A stretch of 64,000 bases of DNA from an uncultured Candidatus Saccharibacteria bacterium (GTDB lineage Bacteria > Patescibacteriota > Doudnabacteria > UBA920), in assembly GCA_964436545.1 (NCBI GenBank), contig CAYTCJ010000004.1:59368-123367 (forward strand). Reading direction: 5' to 3'. Below the pieces are notes generated by a model, which was given only the letters and a program-made list of their open reading frames with translations, was not told the DNA's origin and made no database searches. The position numbers and the translations under genes were made by a program. Positions 29,636-37,900 of this stretch are shown here, piece after piece; the first letter of the stretch is position 1; every line of letters starts with the position of its first letter.

Positions 29636-30769
29636 ATGTGCTCATCAATCACGCGTCTTATCCTCGCCGTGGGTCTCGCGACCCTCGGCACAACCGTGTC
29701 CGCACAGTACGCCCCGACGCCCGACCCGGGCGAGCGAGCGCTCCGGCAGCAGCAGGCGCCACCCCCGCCGGCTCCGAAGCCCGAGGCTCCGAAGCCCGAG
29801 GCTCCGAAGCCCGAGGCTCCGAAGCCCGACCCGTTTTTTGATGGTAGCTGGGGAGGATGGAGGGCTTGGCTCGGAGGGATCGCCCTCCTGATCGCCGCCG
29901 GCATCGGGGTGGTGGTTTGGCGTCGCCGGCGGAACAACCGCCCCGCACACGACGATCATGGCAACGACCCCCAGCCCCCCGCGAACCCGAACCCGAACCC
30001 GAACGCGCCGCCGCCCCCCACGCCTGTCAACCACATGATAGCGTTGATGCTCGTCGGTGGTGCGCTCGCACTCGCAACCCTCGGTGCCCCGTCCGTGTCC
30101 GCCGCCCCTATGGAGGGGTGTGTGGTGACGGCTGTCAACGGGATGGTCGGCGACGCTGAAATGCCAGTGTTGGTGTCCGGCGCGGACAATTTCGTTTCGT
30201 GCCACGCCCCCGGCGTGTCGGAAGTGAAGCTCACGGATGGGAAGGGGCAGGTTGTTCCCGTCAAGAAGCTGGTAAAGACCAGCGATGGGTTCAATTTCTC
30301 GTACACGCCCCCGGCCGGAACCGCTGCGGAGTTGCATGTGCAAGCTGGTAGTCGCAAGGTTGCCTCGCTTTACACTAACAGCGCCTTCGGCGCCTGGACT
30401 GCCTACACGGCGGTTCAGAGCGTCCGGCCGGAGATCCGCGCCGCGGCCACGGACGCCAGCGCCGCGCTCACCGCCGCCAAGTCCGCGGCCGAGGCGGTGA
30501 CGAAGCTCACCGGCGTGGTGGCCGACCACGGCACCCGCATCACCGCGCTGGAGTCTCGGCCCGCCCCGACGGTCGACCTCTCGGCCTACGACCGCCGGCT
30601 TCGCGAGCTCGACGGCGAGCTCGCGAAGGTTAAGGCCGCACAGGTCGCCACCGACGCCCAGGTAGCCAAAAACGCCGAGGGGCTGGAAGCCCTCGGCAAT
30701 CGCCGAGTCGGCAAGGGCGGAATTTTCGGCAGGTCGGGCAGGCTCGCCGACCTGCCCGAGGCCAAGTAG
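29636..30769 (+). CDS. GC-rich (about 68%) secreted/anchored Pro-rich repeat protein with a coiled-coil C-terminus (possibly two fused cistrons)
   Basis: RBS AAAGGAG then ATG; signal peptide MCSSITRLILAVGLATLGTTVSA; (PKPEA)x4 encoded by a 15-bp tandem DNA repeat at 29762-29821; TM helix plus RRRR; second signal-like segment at 30037. Codon usage is foreign to the host. Confidence 0.55.
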   Translation: MCSSITRLILAVGLATLGTTVSAQYAPTPDPGERALRQQQAPPPPAPKPEAPKPEAPKPEAPKPDPFFDGSWGGWRAWLGGIALLIAAGIGVVVWRRRRNNRPAHDDHGNDPQPPANPNPNPNAPPPPTPVNHMIALMLVGGALALATLGAPSVSAAPMEGCVVTAVNGMVGDAEMPVLVSGADNFVSCHAPGVSEVKLTDGKGQVVPVKKLVKTSDGFNFSYTPPAGTAAELHVQAGSRKVASLYTNSAFGAWTAYTAVQSVRPEIRAAATDASAALTAAKSAAEAVTKLTGVVADHGTRITALESRPAPTVDLSAYDRRLRELDGELAKVKAAQVATDAQVAKNAEGLEALGNRRVGKGGIFGRSGRLADLPEAK

Positions 30770-31078
30770 CCGGCGGCCAAGAAGGCGCCGGCGAAAAAAG
30801 AAAAAGAAGAAGAAAAGGAGGAAGAAGGAGAGGTCTAACCTTTCCCCCTACGCATAGCCAGTGCAGGCTATGAGTAGGGTAACAACCAAGCATGGGGGAT
30901 TTGTGCACTCAAATCCCTCCAGTTCTTTCTTTCTGTTTTGGGTAGTTTTTACCCCCTCCCTTAACCCTCCCCACAAGGGGGAGGGAAAAAGCAGGGTGAA
31001 TACCACCCCCTCCGATTAACATTGGAGAACATCTCCTATTTTAGGAGGAGAAGAGAAAGAGGGAAATGGAGAAAAATC

Positions 31079-31117
31079 GCGATGCAAATATACGAATACA
31101 TGCTAATGATGCGAATT
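31079..31117. repeat. 39-bp direct repeat copy 2
   Basis: GCGATGCAAATATACGAATACATGCTAATGATGCGAATT. Confidence 0.7.
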
Positions 31118-31199
31118 TACGGATTCTACAGATATCTACAGATGAAGACAAAAGACACAAATATTGGTCCACAGATCACACGGATACACAGATATTAGT

Positions 31200-31238
31200 G
31201 CGATGCGAATATACGAATGCACGCGAATGATGCGAATG
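31200..31238. repeat. 39-bp direct repeat copy 3
   Basis: GCGATGCGAATATACGAATGCACGCGAATGATGCGAATG. Confidence 0.7.
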
Positions 31239-31353
31239 TATATAAATAGTTAATAATAGTTGTAAGTTGTAAGTTGGTAAGTAAAACAGAAATCAGCAAA
31301 GCAGTAAGCACATTAAAAAATCCCGCCAGTAGGGCGGGTGAGAATAAGAAAAA

Positions 31354-31611
31354 TTAAAAAGGAATAGGTATACCGGTTTTAGCTGATACTTGTTTTGCCC
31401 AATCTTCTAGTCTTTCTATTCGGTGGCGATTGACTATCATTTCCTGTTCAAAGCCTTTTACGGTTTTACAAAGATAATCCAGAGTGGAGGTTATGGAGTC
31501 AACTTTTTGTTCTAATTTGTTAAAGCGAGTGTCAATATCCGCCTTCATTTCATCTAAATATTCAAATAAGGGCTGAAAGTTTGTGGTTGTCGTGGGAGTT
31601 TTTTTAGGCAT
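31354..31611 (-). CDS. Small hypothetical coiled-coil protein (85 aa)
   Basis: AT-rich ORF inside the island. No motif. Confidence 0.35.
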   Translation of the reverse strand: MPKKTPTTTTNFQPLFEYLDEMKADIDTRFNKLEQKVDSITSTLDYLCKTVKGFEQEMIVNRHRIERLEDWAKQVSAKTGIPIPF

Positions 31612-31864
31612 AAGGATAGAAAAAATTATGTTTATTATATTATATCAAGTTATTGAATTTTTGGAAATATACAGCTAAAATATAATGCGGTTTTTTGGTG
31701 GGTAGCTTTTTTTACCCCCTCCTTCCGATGTGTATCGGAAGACTCCCCCTATGTTAGGGGGAGAGGGGAGAAGAGAGGTACCCGGCAAGAAAACGCGGTA
31801 CAAGTGTCCCTTGCCGGGATGCGAAAAATTTTGAGGAGGAAAAATATCAATTGCAAGATGATAG

Positions 31865-31913
31865 TTTACGGATGTTACAGATACCTACAGATGGGGACAA
31901 AAAGGCACGGATG
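31865..31913. repeat. 45-49-bp ACRGAT-phased repeat unit (copy U1)
   Basis: TTTACGGATGTTACAGATACCTACAGATGGGGACAAAAAGGCACGGATGG. Related units at 33048-33096, 34303-34351 and 34361-34407. Confidence 0.65.
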
Positions 31914-32027
31914 GAAAATCATAACCCCCTCCTAACCTCCCCTTCCGCCAGAGGCGGACAGGTATCTTAAGGGGAGGAAGAAGAGAGAAAAACCGGATGA
32001 GCAAGAAAGGACATTTTTTGTCATTCC

Positions 32028-32111
32028 GAATCCTGATATTCATCAGGACAAGTTTAATTTGGAATCCAGAAAATGGATTCCCGTTTTCACGGGAATGACA
32101 GCAAATAAGCA
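32028..32111. repeat. Family-A palindromic element immediately upstream of the 32234 cassette gene
   Basis: TGTCATTCCGAATCCTGATATTCATCAGGACAAG ... GGATTCCCGTTTTCACGGGAATGACAG. Confidence 0.55.
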
Positions 32112-32233
32112 ATTTTATTATTGCTATAAGCTGATCACTGGGCACTTACCACTGATCACTAATTTGTGTTTTTTCTTGCTCGTCCGGTGCCTTTGGGCAA
32201 ACCAATCCGGACAGGCGAGAAAGGAGAATTCGC

Positions 32234-32968
32234 ATGAGTTTACTCATTGTGATTGGTCTCCTGATTTTCGCCCCATGGTGCGCCCAGGGGCAAACTCGGC
32301 TGCTGGTCCCGCGGGCGGACTCGGCTACCGCCATGGTGCGGTGCGGGGCCAATCTGGAAAGCGTAAAGGCGGAGAATCAATTGACCCGTCAGTACGTTTT
32401 TACAGGGGAGGAGACTCTGACGGGGATGCAATACTGTGTTGAGAGTCGCCACGCTCTCGTGGATGACCGCAACCGGTACCGTGTTCCGGCAGGGACCATT
32501 GGCTGGTTGTCTTCGGACGGCCAGTCGGTGGTTCTGGAGCAGTGCGTCAATATGGCGCACTGCGAGGGTTGTCCTCCCGCCCCACCTCCTCCGCCCCCGC
32601 CCCCGCCGGCGCCGAAGCCGGAACCCAAGCCGGAACCGCCCCCACCGGCACCCGAGCCCCCGGCGCCAAAGCCGGAACCCACCCCCGAGCCGGTGGTTGT
32701 CCGGCCCGAGCCACCCCCGCGGGTGGTTTTGCCCAAGCCCGAGCCACTGGCGCCGGCGCCGAGGCCCGCTCCCGTGGTCAAGAGGGGCGGGCACGGGAAG
32801 CTTATCGGGGGGTTGGTTGGGGCGGGGGTCGCGGGGGCAGTGGCGTATTTCGCCACTCGCGACCGCCACGACGCGTCCGCCCCGCCGGCCCCGGGCGTAA
32901 AGCCGGGGGTGCCGGTAGTTTCCCCGGCCTCACGGCCGGGGGGAGCCGGATTCGCCATCCGGTTCTGA
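32234..32968 (+). CDS. GC-rich (about 70%) secreted Pro-rich surface protein with a C-terminal TM anchor
   Basis: RBS AAAGGAGAATTCGC then ATG; signal peptide MSLLIVIGLLIFAPWCAQG; Cys-containing domain; PPAPPPPPPPPPAPKPEPKPEP linker; LIGGLVGAGVAGAVAYFA TM. Confidence 0.55.
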   Translation: MSLLIVIGLLIFAPWCAQGQTRLLVPRADSATAMVRCGANLESVKAENQLTRQYVFTGEETLTGMQYCVESRHALVDDRNRYRVPAGTIGWLSSDGQSVVLEQCVNMAHCEGCPPAPPPPPPPPPAPKPEPKPEPPPPAPEPPAPKPEPTPEPVVVRPEPPPRVVLPKPEPLAPAPRPAPVVKRGGHGKLIGGLVGAGVAGAVAYFATRDRHDASAPPAPGVKPGVPVVSPASRPGGAGFAIRF

Positions 32969-33047
32969 CATCTTGCCCCAAGCGGTAATGGGCGAATTTT
33001 ACCGCAAAGACAGGAACTTCGTGTGTCCTGTCTTTTTTCGTTTACAG

Positions 33048-33096
33048 TTTACGGATGCTACAGATAACTACAGATGGGGACAAAATATACGGATGC
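33048..33096. repeat. ACRGAT-phased repeat unit (copy U2)
   Basis: TTTACGGATGCTACAGATAACTACAGATGGGGACAAAATATACGGATGC. Confidence 0.65.
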
Positions 33097-33270
33097 AGAG
33101 TTTTATACGACGTATAGGACTCCGCCAGCTGGCGGATAAGTAGTATAAGACCTATACAAATATAGTAAGGAATTTTAACTTATTCTAAAGATTGACAAAA
33201 ATAGCAAAATGTGTTAAAATTGAATGTCCCAAAATTTTGGGGATTTTTGTGAGGTGGTATTTTTAGAACT

Positions 33271-33300
33271 GGATTCCGGCTCAAGGCCGGAATGACAAAA
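33271..33300. repeat. Family-A palindrome upstream of the protease cassette
   Basis: GGATTCCGGCTCAAGGCCGGAATGACAAAA. Confidence 0.55.
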
Positions 33301-33367
33301 ATCGGGATCACAGTCAAGGATAAGCCTTAGAAATATCACTTTCCAAAAATTCCATAGGAGGTGGGCG

Positions 33368-34144
33368 ATGGCCCAAGAAAATCCTCGTCGCTGGAGCGAC
33401 GAGGATCTGCTGCTTTTAATAGTGGCTCTCTTGTGCCTGTCAGCAGGTTTGTTGCTGATAGGAGATGAGAGTGGGGAAACGGTTCCCCACGGGCCAGTTG
33501 CCCCGCCCCAGCAACAATACCAAACCCCCCGCCCGAGGGAAGAGTATCGGGCGCCCCGCCGGTGGGAAGAACCGGCACCTCGACAGGAGGCACCTGCCCC
33601 GGCCCCTCAGCGAACCACACCCGCCCCTGGGGTGTGGGAGGACATTCGGTCGAGGAATGTCCTTGTCCGGCAAGGGGCTGGACAGGGAAGCGGGGTCCTC
33701 ATTGGCCACGGGCTGGTCCTGACGGACTTTCACGTGGTTGATGGGGGATGGGGGGCGGTGATTGACGGTCACGGGACCGCAATCGTGCAAGCTTGGGACG
33801 AGGGTAATGACCTCGCAATCCTTAAGCTTGTGGGATATGACCCCACACCCCGTCTGGACTTCGCGTTTGACCCGGACTTGCTCCGTCCGGGCACACGTCT
33901 GGTTACCGTGGGTAACCCTAGAGGGGTCACGGTGTCTCAGACTGGGTGGGTGGAAGCCGGGTCAGGTCAAGGCTTCTGGGCCAGGATGGACACCTGGTCC
34001 GGGCCCGGGGCGAGTGGGAGCTTAGTATACTCGCTGGATGGTGCCCCGGTGGGCATTGTCCAGCAGTGGGACGGAACCGGCATTCGGGTGAAGTGCCGAG
34101 ATCTCCGTCCCATTGTCCGACTCCTCAACTATATTGGGCGCTAA
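33368..34144 (+). CDS. GC-rich trypsin-like (S1 family) serine protease with N-terminal membrane anchor and Pro-rich linker
   Basis: RBS TAGGAGGTG. Catalytic triad contexts: VLTDFHVV (His), NDLAILKL (Asp) and GPGASGSLVY (Ser). Confidence 0.68.
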   Translation: MAQENPRRWSDEDLLLLIVALLCLSAGLLLIGDESGETVPHGPVAPPQQQYQTPRPREEYRAPRRWEEPAPRQEAPAPAPQRTTPAPGVWEDIRSRNVLVRQGAGQGSGVLIGHGLVLTDFHVVDGGWGAVIDGHGTAIVQAWDEGNDLAILKLVGYDPTPRLDFAFDPDLLRPGTRLVTVGNPRGVTVSQTGWVEAGSGQGFWARMDTWSGPGASGSLVYSLDGAPVGIVQQWDGTGIRVKCRDLRPIVRLLNYIGR

Positions 34145-34302
34145 TTGCGCCTACCTTTCCAGAGGCAGGGTTCAAGTCCTCTGGCGCGTGCTTAGACAAC
34201 ACGCGAAAGGTTTTTTACGAACAAGGCGGGTTAAACCGACCTTAAGTAGAAAAATCACTTAATTGTCTCCGCTCAGAGCTTTGTGCTTCTGGGCGGTTTT
34301 TT

Positions 34303-34407
34303 TGTTTACAGATGCTACGGATGTCTACAGATGGGGACAAAAAGACACGGATAAATACAGCTTACAGATGCTACGGATGTCTACAGATGGGGACAAAAGA
34401 CACGGAT
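34303..34407. repeat. Two tandem ACRGAT-phased units (U3, U4; 58-bp period)
   Basis: TTACAGATGCTACGGATGTCTACAGATGGGGACAAAA(A)GACACGGAT twice. Confidence 0.7.
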
Positions 34408-34443
34408 ATTGGTTCACAGATCATGGATTTACACAGATGTTAT

Positions 34444-34480
34444 GCGATGCGAATATACGAATGCATACGAATGATACTAA
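34444..34480. repeat. 39-bp direct repeat copy 4
   Basis: GCGATGCGAATATACGAATGCATACGAATGATACTAAT. Confidence 0.65.
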
Positions 34481-34602
34481 TAAAAACAGATTGCAGATAA
34501 TTTATATGACATATTAGACCTATAAGTCGCATTATCTTTATCATTTGACACAGAAAAAAAACAGTGTCATAGTAATTAAAAATAAGCGAATGAAATAAAA
34601 AT

Positions 34603-34932
34603 ATGCCAACTCATAACATAAATATCGCAGAACAAAAATTAAGAGACTTTGCCTTAAAGCTGTTAGAAGAAAAACAGTTAGACATTGGTGATGAAGAATT
34701 AAAAGCCCAATTAGCCGAAGATTTATACGAGCGTTTGGAGGAACGGGTGAATGCGGAAATTTTAGCCGGGTTGCCCCCGGAAAAACTGGAAGAGTTTGAT
34801 AAACTGTTAACCAGTGGAAGCAATGAGCAATTAAGCGAGTTTTGTTTAAAAAATATTCCCCATTTACAAGAACTCTTAAATACCACTTTAACCCAATTTA
34901 GAGTAAGGTATTTAGGTTTGGAACAAAAATAA
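34603..34932 (+). CDS. Small acidic hypothetical protein (109 aa)
   Basis: ORF directly upstream of the giant gene. Helical and E/L-rich. Confidence 0.45.
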   Translation: MPTHNINIAEQKLRDFALKLLEEKQLDIGDEELKAQLAEDLYERLEERVNAEILAGLPPEKLEEFDKLLTSGSNEQLSEFCLKNIPHLQELLNTTLTQFRVRYLGLEQK

Positions 34933-34952
34933 GTATAGTCAAATAAATTATA

Positions 34953-34980
34953 GATTCCGCATCAAGTGCGGAATGACAAA
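34953..34980. repeat. Family-A palindrome overlapping the start of the giant ORF
   Basis: GATTCCGCATCAAGTGCGGAATGACAAA. Confidence 0.55.
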
Positions 34981-34983
34981 CCC

Positions 34984-37900
34984 ATGAGTGAATACGGTCG
35001 CTTTTTGTCACCAGAAGCTCGGCACGAAGCGGAAAAACCAAAATTTGTTTTTACAGATATTAGCGACATTCAAGAAGGAATGGCGCAAGATGCTTCGTTG
35101 GCGCAATTTAACGAAAAACCTGAAGCGCTGGAAGAGAATAATGTTTCTTGGTGGAAGAAACCTTTTAAAAAGGCTTTTTGGAAAAATGTAGGGAAGCGAG
35201 GAACCAGTTTAGGCCGAAGTATTTGGAAACAAAATTTAGCTCGGGATTATTACGAAGTTTCGGGAAAAAAACAAGCCGAGGCCAAAATGCAGGCAAGTGG
35301 CAGTTTGTTTGCAGTGGAAAAAAAGTTTGACCCCAATGAGCCGGGCATAAGCGAAGCCGAAAAACAAAACCGACTTAAAGCGCAAAAAACCGCGCATGAT
35401 GAATATGTAAGTGCCATTACCCGAAGGTTTGCGGGAGCTACGGGTGAACTGGCAGGTGATTTTGTCCATAAAGAACACGGCGGTGAAGCGGTGGAAACTT
35501 TAGGCAGGACTGAGGCGGAAGTCCAGATTAAGCGAAAATTAGAAGAAACGGTTAGGGCTTTTGCCGGCGGGGAGATTAGCGAAGAACAGGTTCTGGAAAA
35601 AGAAAAGGCCATTTGGGCAGAAATTAAAGGGGTTAAACCGGAAGTGGTTAAAAAGGGGAAAATGTATGCGAGTAATTTGTTAGAAATGGCCAAATGGGCA
35701 AAGGAAGAAGTAGAAAAACAAGTGAGACAGAATATTGACCACAACTTGGCTGTGAGAAATTTACAGTTAGATTTTGATGTGGTAGTAGGTAGGGCAAAAA
35801 GTGGCGCAAAAACCGAGGCGCAATTTAATGCTGTGGAAAACGCGGTAGATAAAATTATGGCTAAAACCCGAGGTTTGCCTAGCATTATTTTTAACGAAGC
35901 CACAATTACTGCTGCGGTTACCGCTGCCTATTTTGTAGAAAAGAGTTTATTTACCAAGGGGCTTTATAGTGTTGCTGGTTTAGTAGGATTTGGAGTGGGG
36001 GCAGGTGCGACAGCGGCTTTTAAAGAAGGTAAGACTTTAGAAAAAGAAAGAATGCAACATGCCCGGGAAATGGCGCAAGGTAGAAAGTTTGAGGAAAGTA
36101 GTGCAACTCGGCGGAAGGAGTTGGAAAAATTCCGTTTAAAGTTTCAGACAGCCGAAGAATTGGAACAGAATTTAGACGCCAAGTTGTTTAATTTTTTGGA
36201 AAGTGGAACAGATTTACGAACACTAAGTCCGGAAGGGTATAAACAAGCTTTAGAAGCCGTGGCCGAAATTGACGCGCGCATTTTGGAAGGCGAGAGGGGA
36301 GTAGTGGTAAAGAAAAGAAAATGGTTAAAGTTTTGGAAAAAAGAGTATAAAGAAGAAAGACATAGTGCCGACTTAATTGGTTATTCCGATCCTACGCAAA
36401 TTGCCAAAGAAGAAGGTCAGTTAGATATGGCTCGGGCTGCCGCCAAAATCGCCTTAAAAAAGTGGTGTTTGGCCAATGGTAAAACCGAAGCTCAGTTTAA
36501 AGCAGATTTGCAAGCGAGTGTAGAAGCCAAGATTCATGGGTTTTATGCAGGTGAGGAAGGGATAGACAAACAGAACGAAAGATTTAAGGAATTTAAAAAG
36601 AAAAAAATGTGGCAGGCGGGGAAAAAGGCTGCGGTATGGGGGACAATTTTTGGCACGGCTATTCAAGAAGCCAGTGCCTTTAAGCAGGACCACACTTACG
36701 GACTTGCAGAACATGCTTGGGATGCCTTTAGGGGGAACGAGCATCATTTGGCTCCAGAGGAAACCGCTACAGCCCTAGAGAATGCTTTTGCCTATGGGCA
36801 AAAAAATATCAACGAAGGTTTGGATTATTTATTTCCTACAGCGCACGCAGCCGGTCCGAATATAGAAGTACAGATTGGTGGGAGTAAATACAGTCTGCCC
36901 GATGGTTTTAGATTAGAAGACAATCCGGCTACGGCTAATCCGAACGATAAAGTTTTAATTGATAGCAAAGGTGTTTCGCATACGTTAGAGTTTAAAGCCG
37001 ACGGCACGCCCACGGCTGATAGCAAAAAGTGGTTGTTAGATAATGGTTATAAACTTGATGAAATAATTTCGCCCGCCGGTCCCAAAGGGATTCATAGTTT
37101 GGATGTAGACGCTACCAAAAAACAATTTCCTGACCTCGCGCATCATACGCGTATAGACTGGCACGATGAACCGGGTAAGTTTAAAAGCGCAATTCATAAT
37201 ATGTGGCTGGAGTTTGAAGGTAAACAGCAAATGGGTTATTTGGTAACTCGAGGAGACAAAGTATATTTAGACTGCAGTAAAGTGATTCAAAATTTTGTGA
37301 AAGAGGTATCTGAAAGAATTAACGATCCGAGTTTTGGCCAAGTGGAAGGGTATACTAATGCAGACGGCAGTCCGTTTGTGGACAGTAAAATGATGCACTT
37401 AAAGGACCAAATTCAGCAGGCCATTAATAATGGCGACATTAATAGATATTTTCAAGCTGTGGTGATTCCCACCGAAGGGGCGAATAGCGCAGGTTTGAGC
37501 GATTTAGTGCAAGGTGCAGACAGTAGTGGTTTAATTGAGCTGAACGGCAAGTATGATTGGTCTAAAATGTTTATTGATCCGGCTACGGGCCATGTAGACC
37601 CTAAAATGCTACACGATGGGCATTTGCCGTTTCGGTTTTTGGAAATGCGGTTTGATGGCCACGTAATGAACACGGCCCAAGGAGCCGGAGAAGCCGGACC
37701 TATGCCTTTCTTTAAACTAACGCCACCGCTAGATGAATTGCCACCGACTACTTTCCCGCCCCTAACTTATGTGGGGAGAAGAAAAGGTTTGGAGGAAACT
37801 AACTGGACACCACCCCCTCAGCGTCCAAAACGAGAACCTTTGCCAGAAATACCATATTATGGATATTATAATAGTCCAGAACGAAGTGAATATTATCGTC

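Noticed and set aside
29762-29821. Possible CRISPR-like regular repeats (15-bp x4) and other tandem arrays (TAACAT x9, TTTTGTAA x3)
   Set aside because: Units are contiguous with no spacers. The 15-bp array is in-frame coding for (PKPEA)x4. No cas genes. These are tandem repeats, not CRISPR.
29592-32988. Many overlapping 60-200-aa ORFs on both strands within the GC-rich segments (e.g. 29592..29891, 29645..30529, 32240..32869, 32389..32958, 32542..32988)
   Set aside because: High GC suppresses stop codons in all frames. These overlap the coherent signal-peptide/Pro-rich/protease ORFs and lack RBSs.
29461-34500. GC-rich segments as assembly chimeras or contamination
   Set aside because: Host-type repeat families (family-A palindromes, ACRGAT units, 39-bp repeat) interleave with, and directly abut, every GC-rich gene. 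Copies of those families also occur in ordinary low-GC context elsewhere in the window. Cannot be fully excluded without read data.
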